Assembly: GCA_963751455.1 (NCBI GenBank)
Contig: CAVVUN010000015.1
Coordinates: 832,001-896,000, forward strand
Origin: Nitrospirota bacterium
GTDB lineage: Bacteria; Nitrospirota; UBA9217
DNA: 64,000 bases
Direction: 5' to 3'
In this document: positions 23,654 through 33,546 of the stretch, piece by piece
Position numbering within the stretch: position 1 is the stretch's first letter
Layout: each line of letters starts with the position of its first letter
Position numbers and translations under genes: made by a program
The notes under the pieces: model-generated
Told to the model about the DNA's origin: nothing
The model's input: the letters and a program-made list of their open reading frames with translations, nothing else
Databases searched by the model: none

Positions 23654-24926
23654 AGCGTCAAGCCCTTATCGCTTTTTTTGTCTACCTGGTCCTCAAAGGG
23701 GCCCTGCGCAAATGGCTCTTCCCGTCGTTTTCAAACGAACTCTTTCTCGTGAAAGATATTTTGCTCCTGGTCGCTGTTTTCGGCTGGATGGGGAAGAGCA
23801 TCATCATCCGCGACAGAGTCGCTTCGGCCGTCACTCCGTGGAAGCCCTGCTGCTGTGGGGATGGGCGCTCTTTTTGGGATTCTGTTTGATCAGCGGTTTT
23901 TCCTTTACGGCCCTTGTGGGGCTGCGTTACTACCTGGTAATGCTGCCGCTCGCGATCATTCTGCCGCACGTCGTCGATGACGTGCCGATTTGAATCGCCT
24001 GGCCGGACGCTACTGCTGGCTGGCCTTTCCTGTTGCCTGCTGGGTATTGCACAGTTCTTCAGCCCGCCGGAGGCCTTTATCAACCGTTATGCCTGGAGCA
24101 ATCCCTCAATGGGGGTGGCTGGTTTGGGGCTGAACAAGACGCGAATAACAGGCACTTTTTCCTACATTGCGCCTTATGCCGTGTACCTGCAGTTCGTGTT
24201 TCTGGCCGGTCTTGCCCTGTTCAAGCTCTCGGGCCGCGGAAGGTCGCGGATTTTGCTCGGGGCGGGAACCGCCCTGGTGTTCGTGAACATCGTCATGACC
24301 GGGTCGAGACCCCTTTTCTGCTTTCGTCGGTGCTGGCCGTCCCTTTTTTTTTGAGTGCTTTAAAAGAGGCATCGATGAAAAAGGGACAAGTCTTTTCCTT
24401 ATCAGCATCTTTTCTGGTGATCGGCCTGCTTCTCTTTCAGTTCGGCAATGTTTTTTCCCTGCTGTCGCAACGGAACATCGAGGCTCGTGATACTGATAAG
24501 AGAGTAACCGGGGCGCTGTATACGCCGCTGCATACTCTGAAAAATGCCGAACTCGCAGGGGCGGGAATCGGGACTACGTTCATGGGGGTGCGCGAAATCA
24601 GTGGCGAATCGGAAGAGGCCGGCTTTGATGAGGTAACGATTGACCGCATAGGAGTGGAAACCGGCATTTTTGGATACTTGTTTGTGTTGATCTTCAAGCT
24701 GGTCTTTCTCGGAAAAGCCTGGACCCTGTACCGCGGGGCATTTGACCGGTCCGTTAAAACATGGGCGCTTGCCGTCTTCTGTTACCAGTTGACTTCCCTG
24801 TGGAGCGTGCCCGTGTACAATTCCACGGCCGCGGCCCTTTATTTTGCAAGCCTTGGTCTTTATGTTCTGCTGCGGAATGAGCAGCAGAAGCAGGTCCAGG
24901 CGCTCACTCACGCTTATCCCCCGTAG
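23647..24926 (+). CDS. Probable Wzy-like polymerase / O-antigen ligase-family membrane protein, several frameshifts
   Basis: Hydrophobic segments spread over four ORFs; RITGTFSY, MTGSR, GAGIG, ETGIFG motifs. Confidence 0.7.
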
Positions 24927-24934
24927 GGACACCG

Positions 24935-26117
24935 ATGCCTGTCGCGGTCATTCACCCGCAAGTGCAGCACTCACATCAAGCGGCATGGGCGCTTGCCGAA
25001 GCAGGTCTTCTGGAACGGGATCACACCTCATGTTTTTTTGAACCCGCGCGCTGCGTTTTCTGCCGCCCTTTTTGCGGCGCGAATTCGGCAAGCGTTATCA
25101 CCCCGGTACTCCCTTGTTGCGGGTGGCGACCTTTCCCTGCCCGGATATTGCCTGGAAACTGGCGGGCGCATTGGCCGGCCCCGCATTGCATGAGCGGCTT
25201 TATTACTACAGCGTCTGGCGCTTCGATGCTCATATGGCGCGTCGGGTGGCCCGCTCTCCGGCCCGCATCGTTACGGGGTTTGAGAATTCGTGCCGGGACA
25301 TTTTCAGGGCGGCCGGAAAAGCCGGAAAATTTGCGTGCTCGATGCAGCTTCCGTCCATTACCTGGCCCAGAAGGAAGTGTATATGCCGCCTTATTCGGCG
25401 GCCTTTCGGGACAAGATAAACACGAGGAAGGAGGAGGAGATACGGCTTGCCGACCGCATCCTTACACTTTCCGGTTATGCGAAGGAAACCTATGTCCGTT
25501 CCTGCATCCCGGAGCATAAGATTACGGTGATCCCGCCTGGCGTTGACGGGCGCAGATTTGCCATGGAAAAGAAGAAGAGGACGAGAAACTCTTTTAAGTA
25601 TCTATTTGTCGGAAACATAAAGCCGGCCAAGGGGGTTGATATTCTTTTGAACGCTTTTAACCGTATAGAAGCGCCGGGCAAGAAGCTGACCATCATAGGG
25701 GCCATGGGTGATGCCGCTCACCTGCTCGGAAACAGACAAAATAATATTGCCGTTAAGGGATATGTGCCGCATGAGAAACTCCCGGAAGAGTATAACGACG
25801 CGGACATTTTCATTCTCCCTTCCAGGCTCGACGGTTTCGGGCTTGTCGTGACCGAAGCAATGTCAACGGCCACTCCGGTGATCGTGTCCTCACATGTCGG
25901 GGCGAAAGATCTGGTCAATGACGGCGTCAGCGGCTGGGTGTTTGAGTCCGGCGATCATGAGGCGCTTGCGGATGCAATGCAAAAAGCTTACGACAACAGG
26001 GACAGGCTGGTTTCAATGGGTGAAAAGGCAAGGGAGGCCGTCAGCCTGTATACCTGGGAAGCATACAGAGAGAATATCCGGAGGTTTTATTCAAGCCTTT
26101 TCGAAACGACGCAATGA
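24935..26117 (+). CDS. Glycosyltransferase family 4, frameshifts near 25040 and 25320
   Basis: HPQVQHS N-terminus; FVGNIKPAKG, PSRLDGFGLVVTEAM. Confidence 0.82.
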
Positions 26118-27307
26118 GAATCCTTCACGTCATCCGTGACCTTTCCCCGGCAACCGGCGGCCCGGTAACTGCCGTTCTGGGCATGGCCGCGGCAGAGTCA
26201 ACTCTGGGGAACGCGGTAACAATCATTACTACGGACCATGGTCTGGATGCTTTACCGCGGGAACACGGCGTCGGATTCAAAGTATTTCCCTGCCGGCTGC
26301 ACGGCTGGCGCTGGTCGCGGGAGTTGTCTCAGGGATTGCCGGTATTCATCAGGAATTCCGACATCGTCCATATCCACACAATCTGGGAGCACCCGACGTG
26401 GGTTGCGGCAAAAATCTGCGAAAAGCTTGAAAAGCCCTATGTCCTCCGTCCCTGCGGGATGCTGGACAAATGGTCTCTTTCCCGGAGCGCCTGGAAGAAA
26501 AAGGCTTATTTACATTTACTGGCGGCTTCCGTCATACGCCGCGCCGCCGCGCTGCACTTCACGTCGGAAGAAGAACTGAATAATTCCCTTATCATGGGAA
26601 GCGAAGACAGGGGTTTTGTTATACCGAACGGCCTGCCATTGTCGATTTTTCAAGACATCCCGGGACCACATCTTTTTCGCCGGCGCTTTCCGGAGCTGGA
26701 AGACAAACGGATCGTGCTGTTCCTGGGCCGGCTCCATTACAAAAAACAGCCTGAGTCGGCAATAAAGGCGTTTCACAAAGTCCGCGGTATTGATGGACGG
26801 CTGGTCCTTGTCCTGGCCGGTCCGGCTGAGCCGGCATATCTTGCTGAACTGCGGGCGCTAGTGAGGGACCTGCGCGTGTCGGACCGGGTTGTCTTCACCG
26901 GCTTGCTGCAAGGCGCCGCAATACGCGAAGCCTTCCATGCCGCCGAATTGTTCGTGCTTCCCAGCCTGCAGGAAAATTTCGGGATAGCCGTTGCGGAAGC
27001 CATGGCCGCCGGCTGCCCGGTCATTGTCAGCGAGCCGGTCAACCTGTCATCGGAAATACGTTCCGCCGATGCGGGTGTAGTCTGCAAGTCCGACGTCAAC
27101 TCTATCGCCGCCGCAATGGAGCAGCTGATAAAAGACGATTCGCTTCGAGCATTGATGGGTGAAAACGGCCGCTGCCTTGTATCCGGCAAATTCATGTGGC
27201 CGCAGGCAGCCGGCAGGCTGCTTCACGTTTATGAAGACGTGATTGCATCGAATCGGACCAGTCCGGACTGGAGAGGTAAGTTTTCACCCCGCGAGCTTAG
27301 TAACTGA
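26114..27307 (+). CDS. Glycosyltransferase family 4
   Basis: MRILHVI..GGP, FLGRLHYKK, PSLQENFGIAVAEAM. Confidence 0.9.
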   Translation: MRILHVIRDLSPATGGPVTAVLGMAAAESTLGNAVTIITTDHGLDALPREHGVGFKVFPCRLHGWRWSRELSQGLPVFIRNSDIVHIHTIWEHPTWVAAKICEKLEKPYVLRPCGMLDKWSLSRSAWKKKAYLHLLAASVIRRAAALHFTSEEELNNSLIMGSEDRGFVIPNGLPLSIFQDIPGPHLFRRRFPELEDKRIVLFLGRLHYKKQPESAIKAFHKVRGIDGRLVLVLAGPAEPAYLAELRALVRDLRVSDRVVFTGLLQGAAIREAFHAAELFVLPSLQENFGIAVAEAMAAGCPVIVSEPVNLSSEIRSADAGVVCKSDVNSIAAAMEQLIKDDSLRALMGENGRCLVSGKFMWPQAAGRLLHVYEDVIASNRTSPDWRGKFSPRELSN

Positions 27308-27353
27308 GGAATCAAATTCTTCTTAAAATGGAAAGAAAAAAGTCAACTTTTTT

Positions 27354-27598
27354 GACGCTGATTTACACTGATTACCTATGAACCAAGAAAAGGCATTTGG
27401 GACGCAGATAAAATCGGATAAACGCGGATAAAGACAGACAAAAAAATACTTCCGATGCTGAAAAAAGACACACCTTTGTGGTGAATACTCTTTCCGCCTG
27501 AATGTTTGGTTTTATCTGCGAAAATCTGCGGCCAACTACCGTTTTTAGGATGAAGAATCATGATGTTTCATCAGGTTTAATCCGCCTTTATCCGTGTC
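27354..27598. repeat. Nested palindromic element with 9-nt periodic arms
   Basis: Outer gacgctgatttacactgatt / atcaggtttaatccgcctttatccgtgtc. Inner aaccaagaaaaggcatttgggacgcagataaaatcggataaacgcggataaa (27381-27432) / tttatctgcgaaaatctgcggcc...tttttaggatgaa (27511-27554). Confidence 0.8.
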
Positions 27599-27652
27599 AA
27601 AGTCTTCGACTTGGTTGTTTTTTTGTCCGGGTCAGGTGAAAAAAAGACTCCC

Positions 27653-28207
27653 ATGCCGGTCTATCTTTCCCGCTTCGATAATTCCCGGTATGACCCCGGC
27701 CGGGGCTTCCTGACGCGAGCTCTGTGGCATTTTATGAATGCCTTGTTCCTGCAAAACCCGCTCAATCCATCCTCGAAACTCAAGATCATCCTCCTCCGCT
27801 TTTTCGGCGCTCAAATAGGCGAGGGGGTCGTTCTCAAGCCGGGCATCAATGTCAAATACCCGTGGAACCTGCAGATCGGCAGTTACTCCTGGATCGGCGA
27901 AAACGCCTGGCTCGATTCCCTGGCGCCTATAAACATCGGCAGCAACGTCTGTATCTCCCAGGGAGCATACGTTTGCACCGGCAATCATGACTGGGCCGAC
28001 CCGGCCTTCGGCCTGATCGTCGAGCCTGTCACCATCGAGGACGGCGCCTGGGTCGGGGCGAGGGCAACAGTACTGCCGGGGGTGACCATGGCGATTCAAT
28101 CCGTCATCGCCGCCGGCTCGGTCATAAGCAAGGATACCTGGCCGTATCAAATTTACTCCGGCAATCCGGCTGTTGCGGTAAAAACGCGAAAAATCAGACA
28201 GGCCTGA
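27653..28207 (+). CDS. wcaF: WcaF-like hexapeptide-repeat acetyltransferase
   Basis: LLRFFGAQIG, KYPWNLQIG, CISQGAYVCTGNHD, GNPA. Confidence 0.88.
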   Translation: MPVYLSRFDNSRYDPGRGFLTRALWHFMNALFLQNPLNPSSKLKIILLRFFGAQIGEGVVLKPGINVKYPWNLQIGSYSWIGENAWLDSLAPINIGSNVCISQGAYVCTGNHDWADPAFGLIVEPVTIEDGAWVGARATVLPGVTMAIQSVIAAGSVISKDTWPYQIYSGNPAVAVKTRKIRQA

Positions 28208-28208
28208 C

Positions 28209-29074
28209 ATGCCCCCTAGCATTTCAATCATAACAGCGGTCCGCAACGGCGCCGCGACTATCAAAGATTGTCTTGAATGCGTTCAATCGCAAATATATCC
28301 CGCTGAACATATCATCGTGAACGGAGCATCTACCGACAACACACTCGAAATAATCGATCGCTGCCGGTCAGGCGTTGCCAAAATTGTGTCCGAACCCGAC
28401 GACGGCATCTATGACGCCATGAACAAGGGAATCCGTCTTGCCGATGGTGAGATAATCGGCATTCTCAACGCCGACGACTTCTATGCCTCTCCCGAAGTGG
28501 CGGCCAGGGTCGTCGCGGCTTTTTCCGATAAGAGTATCGACTCATGCTACGGCGATCTGGTGTATGTGGCCGAAAAACACGGCAATGGGCGCTTTGCGAG
28601 GGGGGGGCGGCTCACGGTTCAACGCGGGAGGCGCGGCGTGATGCGAAACCCGGGGGAGAAGGATTGAGGGTCGTACGGTACTGGAAATCGGGAACGTTTC
28701 ATTCGGACAAGTTTTACAGCGGCTGGATGCCGCCGCATCCGACTTTCTTTGTTCGGAGAAGCGTATACGAGAAATACGGCGCCTTCAACATTGCCCTCGG
28801 CTCGGCGGCAGACTACGAGCTGATGCTGAGATTTTTGGTAAAACACCGGATTTCGGCTGCCTACATACCGGAGGTGCTCGTGAAGATGCGGGTCGGCGGG
28901 GTAAGCAACGCCTCGCTGAAGAACAGACTCACGGCGAATCGCATGGACCGCCGGGCCTGGGAGGTGAACGGGCTCAAGCCTTATCCGTGGACCCTGCTCA
29001 TGAAACCTCTTCGCAAACTTCCGCAATATTTTCATAAACCGGACAGGCCCCCGACTGTGTCGGGACAAGCCTGA
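28209..29074 (+). CDS. Glycosyltransferase family 2 (WcaE-like) with an internal insertion and a frameshift
   Basis: SEPDDGIYDAMNKG, LNADD, YGDLVYV, then VRYWKSG, GWMPPHPTFF, ADYELMLR in the next frame. Confidence 0.88.
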
Positions 29075-29212
29075 ACCGAAAGTTTGAACCGCGAAGATCG
29101 CGAAAACCACATGCAATCATAAAAGTAAAATCTACCACGGAGACACTGAGACACGGAGAAAGTTTAATATGAAAACAAAGAGTTTTTCCCCCGTGCCCTC
29201 CGTGACTCCGTG
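29063..29212. repeat. Palindromic element plus an unpaired left arm
   Basis: ggacaagcctgaaccgaaagtttgaaccgcgaagatcgcgaa (about 29063-29104); ccacggagacactgagacacggag (29135-29158) / ccgtgccctccgtgactccgtg (29191-29212). Confidence 0.75.
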
Positions 29213-29260
29213 ATTAAATCTGCTTTTTCAGATCATCCTGTATCAGATAAAGGAGAAATA

Positions 29261-30778
29261 ATGGCATTTTTGCGAAACATCACGACCGCCGTCCTCCTTT
29301 TTTCCGTCGCAGCAACCGTTCATGCATCAACCTATGTCGATGTTGAAGACGACGTGTATATCCTCCTTTCGCGGCTCGAGGCCGAAGGCGTTATTCGCGA
29401 CGCACTGTTGTCTACAAAGCCGTTAAGCCGTAGAGAAATCGTGAGGCTGCTGCATGAAGCGGAAACGAATGCGGAAGGCCGCAGTGAATTCATCAAAAGC
29501 CTGGTCCGCGACCTTAAACAGAGTGTAAGACCTGAAGAATTCGAGTCAGGAGGCCTGAAGCTTTTGGATAGGGCGTACGTAAAATACATCAATACCGATG
29601 CCGACGTCCTGACGCTTGTCTACGGCTTTACTCGTGAAAAAGAACAGGCCTTTAACTATAATAATAACGGAGACCTTTACAGCCGCGGCTCCAATTACCG
29701 CGCCGGTTTTACCTCGCGGGCGGAAAATTGGGGACTGTTTTCATTGTACCTCAATCCCGAGTTCAGGTCGTCTAAAGGCGAACAGGCGGTACTTAAAAAA
29801 GGGTACGGCGTACTCGGCTTCTCCCGGCTCGATATCGTTTTAGGCAGAGATTCCCTGTGGTGGGGACCCGGATATAACGGCTCCATTCTTCTCTCCAATA
29901 ACGCCGAACCCTTCACCATGCTGAAGCTCACCGGCCCCGAGCCGGTGATCCTTCCCTGGATCTTCAAATACCTCGGCCCGTTCCAGTACACTATCTTCGC
30001 AACAAGACTTGAAAAAGACAGGAACGATTTCCCCGAGCCGTATCTTTGGGGTATGCGCTTCGAGCTCAAACCGCATCCGGTCCTCGAGCTGGGGTTTCAG
30101 CGTACGGCGCTCCTCGGCGGCCGCGGCAGGGCGCAGGGCCTGAATACATGGGTTAACAGTCTTTTGGGAACAGAAGAACATGAGAGAGACTTCAGCCGGG
30201 AAACCGGCGATCAAAGGGCCGGGTGGGACCTGAAGCTGACCTTGCCTTTCAAGCTGCAGCCCCTGCAGATGTACTGGGAGGGAGATGGAGAAGACGGCAT
30301 TCATGGCTGGCCCAGCCAATGGGCAAAGCTGTACGGCATTTACCTGCCGAGAGTGCTCAGCCTCGAAAGAATCAGCCTGCGCGGCGAATATGCCACGACT
30401 CATATGAATAAGCACCCCGGCGCGGTGTGGTACACGCACCATATTTACACCGCGGGCTACACGTACAACGGCATGATCATCGGCCACCACATGGGCTCCG
30501 ATTCGAACGACCTGTTCTCCGAGCTCTCTTTCCTTATTCCCGAAAAAAACAGCAGAGTGTTTATCCATTATGACCGGGTGGAACACAACCTTTCTAATCC
30601 TGACCCCGGAAACCACGAGATCCTGGATGAAGTTGCAGCAGGCGTGCAGCTCGCGTTGACCCGGTCAGTGGACCTGAAGGCCGTTTTCAACCATGGACGG
30701 CTGAAGAACCGTGAAAATACGCCCCATGAAGCCGTGCAGTTCAGCGCCTTCGGCGTAGAAATGACGTATAGATTCTGA
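29261..30778 (+). CDS. wzi: Capsule assembly outer-membrane protein, Wzi family
   Basis: Signal peptide, GRDSLWWGPGYNGSILLSNNAEP, IGHHMG, C-terminal YRF; RBS aggag. Confidence 0.88.
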   Translation: MAFLRNITTAVLLFSVAATVHASTYVDVEDDVYILLSRLEAEGVIRDALLSTKPLSRREIVRLLHEAETNAEGRSEFIKSLVRDLKQSVRPEEFESGGLKLLDRAYVKYINTDADVLTLVYGFTREKEQAFNYNNNGDLYSRGSNYRAGFTSRAENWGLFSLYLNPEFRSSKGEQAVLKKGYGVLGFSRLDIVLGRDSLWWGPGYNGSILLSNNAEPFTMLKLTGPEPVILPWIFKYLGPFQYTIFATRLEKDRNDFPEPYLWGMRFELKPHPVLELGFQRTALLGGRGRAQGLNTWVNSLLGTEEHERDFSRETGDQRAGWDLKLTLPFKLQPLQMYWEGDGEDGIHGWPSQWAKLYGIYLPRVLSLERISLRGEYATTHMNKHPGAVWYTHHIYTAGYTYNGMIIGHHMGSDSNDLFSELSFLIPEKNSRVFIHYDRVEHNLSNPDPGNHEILDEVAAGVQLALTRSVDLKAVFNHGRLKNRENTPHEAVQFSAFGVEMTYRF

Positions 30779-30812
30779 TCCGGCTGTCCGGCCGCTTCTC
30801 ATGTGATTCGTA

Positions 30813-30862
30813 CCGGAACTCATAACCGGGAGGCCGTCGGTTTAAATCGCCCCCCGCTACAA
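30813..30862 (+). pseudogene. Degenerate 3' half of tRNA-Met(CAT), probable att remnant
   Basis: ctcataa-ccggg-aggcc-gtcgg-tttaaat-cgcc-ccccgctac follows the initiator tRNA anticodon loop / T-arm / acceptor order. No 5' half or D-arm, and TTC is changed to TTT. Confidence 0.7.
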
Positions 30863-30870
30863 AGCTCATC

Positions 30871-30906
30871 AAGAGGCTACAGCACATGCTGTAACCTCTC
30901 TTTTTT
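30871..30906 (+). terminator. Hairpin with T-tract
   Basis: agaggctacagc-acat-gctgtaacctct followed by cttttttt. Confidence 0.65.
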
Positions 30907-31010
30907 GACTGTGCTAAAACTGTGCCAACGCCGTCCAAAGTCTCAACGCCATCTCTGCGATTTATGGCGTATCAGCTTGCTGCACTTTGTAAATCCCGTT
31001 GTTGCATAAG
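30895..31010 (-). pseudogene. Eroded C-terminal remnant of a tyrosine integrase
   Basis: Minus-strand frames give GIYKVQ and RDGVETLDGVGTVLAQS, resembling integrase C-termini; it converges on the tRNA fragment. Confidence 0.45.
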
Positions 31011-31695
31011 ACCATTTCAGAAAAAACTTTCGTGAAGCCCGTTTGCTTGATTGCGCAGCGCATTCAATTTGCAACTACGGGGTAAAGATCGACTCCCGCC
31101 TGAACAAGCCGCGTCGTGAAAGTATGCCGCAGATTGTGAAACCGGCACTTGCTCACCTTCGCCTTTTCCACTCCAGTTCTCAATCTCATCCAGCCTTCAG
31201 GAAAAATATCGCGTCATCAACAAGGTGCTTATTCACTTCCCCGTCACATCCTTCTAGTCAGGAGGATCGTCTCGGTCTTTGCTCCTTCATGGTTCTGCGG
31301 GCATTGAGCGCATCCTTCGAAAACCGAGCCCCGGAAAGTTGTGTTTACGCTGTAGTCATTGAATTCGGAGTTCTCCGGTAATAATTCTCTGGCGGCTATC
31401 CATGTTTTAGCGTATCTAAGCAGAAAATTTTTTTCCGGTTGACACACTAGCTCTAAAATGCTAGGCTCGATTACACAGCTTAAGAGTGAAAAAGGGAGTA
31501 ATTTCTCAATCGAACCGCAGTAACCGGAATTCTTCGGGGGTACTTTTACGTTACAAATCAAATTCTTCTCAGAATGGAAAGAATATTTCACCGCGAAGCC
31601 GCGCCCTGCACTCGCGCGGGCAATGCTTAGACTCGTTGTCTACCATCTCGCTACGAAACGCGAGATGGGAATCAAGGGTCTCATAAACGCTGGGT

Positions 31696-31825
31696 GCAGG
31701 CAAAGAACGCAAAGGAAATCCTTAAATTCTAATTCCGGCGGGTTAGAGCTTTAAATCTTCGCGACCTTTGCGGCTTGGCGGTTCAAAAGGTTTTTGATTT
31801 TGGTTCCGGTTTGTCCGGGTTAGGG
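31696..31825. repeat. Palindromic element with conserved terminus
   Basis: gcaaagaacgcaaag / cttcgcgacctttgcggcttggcggtt, then ggttccggtttgtccgggtt (near reverse complement of the 12345 terminus). Confidence 0.7.
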
Positions 31826-32068
31826 GTATCCCGTTAAATTTATTAAAAAATTCTATTATTTTTCGTAGGCTGGACGATCAATTTGATGCCCTGCACCGCC
31901 GCCATTATTTTCCCTTTCCTTTTCCATCGTAATCATCTTACTGTATAATACTGTATCTGCCAACCTGAAGCAAAAACCGCTGATCGTTGCAGAAAAATAC
32001 CATTCGAGGAAAAAAGAGAATAAAGGGGTTTCGTTTTTTCTGCAGGACCCCTGGAACGACTTTTTTCA

Positions 32069-33517
32069 ATGCTTATTGATAAAGTCAAAAAAACAATTGA
32101 AAAGCATGGCATGACTGCTCCGGGGAACACGGTTCTCGTCGCCGTATCCGGCGGACCGGACTCGGTTTGCCTGCTGCGCGTACTTCACCGGCTGTCTGCG
32201 TCACTTGGGATAAACCTTCATGTCGCTCATCTGGATCACATGTTCAGGGGGAAGGAATCGGCCGATGAGGCCTTATTTGTGGCTGAGCTCGCCAGGCAGC
32301 TCGGCCTTCCCTCCACAATAGAGAAGATCGATGTACCCGCTTTCTGCAGAGTTCGAGGGCTGCCGGCTCAGGCAGGCGCGCGGGAAGTACGCTACGGCTT
32401 TCTTTCCAGGGCAGCCGCGGAGGTTAAGGCGTCACGTATTGCTACCGGCCATACGGCCACTGACCAGGCAGAGACTTTTCTGATGCGGCTTCTGCGGGGC
32501 GCGGGCCTCTCCGGGCTGTCCGGAATCCGGCCGATCCGGGAAAACATCATCAGACCGCTTATAGACACGACGAGGGAAGAGGTCGTGAAATATCTGCAGC
32601 AGCGCGGACAACGGTACATGACCGACCCCTCCAACGAAAAGCCGCTCTATACCCGGAACAGAATCAGGCGCGATATCCTGCCTGTGCTCCGGCAGTTCAA
32701 TCCCCGGATCGTGGAAACGCTCGCGGAAGAGGCGGCCTTGCTCAGGGATGAGAATGAAACCATCGACCAGTTGCTCTCACCGGTTTCAACAAAGGTCATT
32801 ACGGGGGAAGATGATTGCGTCGTTCTTGACAGAGGGATCTTCAACGCGTTGTCGCCGGCATTCAAACGCAGGCTTCTCAGGCAGAGCATTAATATGCTCG
32901 GTCTCGAATTCAGGGGGCTGTCTTTTATTCAGGTTGAGGAGGCGCTTGGCTTCATTGCTCAGGCGCAGACAGGAAGGACCATGAAGCTGCCCGGCGGCAT
33001 TTTTCTGGAGCGCGACTATGAAAAGATAGTTGTCGGCGTTATTTCCGGGGAATCGGGCTTTTCGCATGTTCTTGCTCTTCCCGGCGCAACGCTGATACCC
33101 GATCTTGACATAGTGATAGAAACCGTGATCTCCGAAGTGCCGATTAATCCCGCGATTATGAATCCCCCGGCTCCTGCCGGAGGGGGTTCGACCGAAACGG
33201 GAGACGAAAATTATTTCTGGCAGGCCCTGTTTGATTATGATAAGATAAAAAACCCGTTAATTATACGGACAAGGCTGCCGGGAGACCGATTCTGCCCTTC
33301 CGGGATGAACGGCAAGAGCAAGAAACTGCAGGATTATTTCGTGGATGAGAAAATAGCCAGGCGTAAACGAAACGCAGTGCCGCTGCTCGTTGCCGGACAG
33401 GACATCCTGTGGGCGATGGGTCTTCGGACGGATGAGCGGTTTTTACCGGACCCGCAAACGAAGAGCATGCTTATCGTTCGAGTGAGAAAGCAGTCAGAAA
33501 CAAATAATCCGCAGTAA
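32069..33517 (+). CDS. tilS: tRNA(Ile)-lysidine synthetase
   Basis: AVSGGPDS PP-loop, AREVRY, TGHTATDQAET, RNRIR, SKKLQDYF. Confidence 0.95.
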   Translation: MLIDKVKKTIEKHGMTAPGNTVLVAVSGGPDSVCLLRVLHRLSASLGINLHVAHLDHMFRGKESADEALFVAELARQLGLPSTIEKIDVPAFCRVRGLPAQAGAREVRYGFLSRAAAEVKASRIATGHTATDQAETFLMRLLRGAGLSGLSGIRPIRENIIRPLIDTTREEVVKYLQQRGQRYMTDPSNEKPLYTRNRIRRDILPVLRQFNPRIVETLAEEAALLRDENETIDQLLSPVSTKVITGEDDCVVLDRGIFNALSPAFKRRLLRQSINMLGLEFRGLSFIQVEEALGFIAQAQTGRTMKLPGGIFLERDYEKIVVGVISGESGFSHVLALPGATLIPDLDIVIETVISEVPINPAIMNPPAPAGGGSTETGDENYFWQALFDYDKIKNPLIIRTRLPGDRFCPSGMNGKSKKLQDYFVDEKIARRKRNAVPLLVAGQDILWAMGLRTDERFLPDPQTKSMLIVRVRKQSETNNPQ

Positions 33518-33546
33518 ATAGAGTCTGTTTTTAAATGTCCTTCTTC

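Noticed and set aside
21895-23889. 664-aa methyltransferase-glycosyltransferase-membrane fusion
   Set aside because: Better explained as three genes joined by indels: there is an out-of-frame ATG at 22622 and scrambled sequence at both junctions.
30813-30862. Functional tRNA-Met gene
   Set aside because: No 5' acceptor strand or D-arm, and the anticodon and T stems pair poorly.
31043-31686. Short overlapping ORFs after the att scar
   Set aside because: Likely mobile-element debris; no frame can be supported as a gene.
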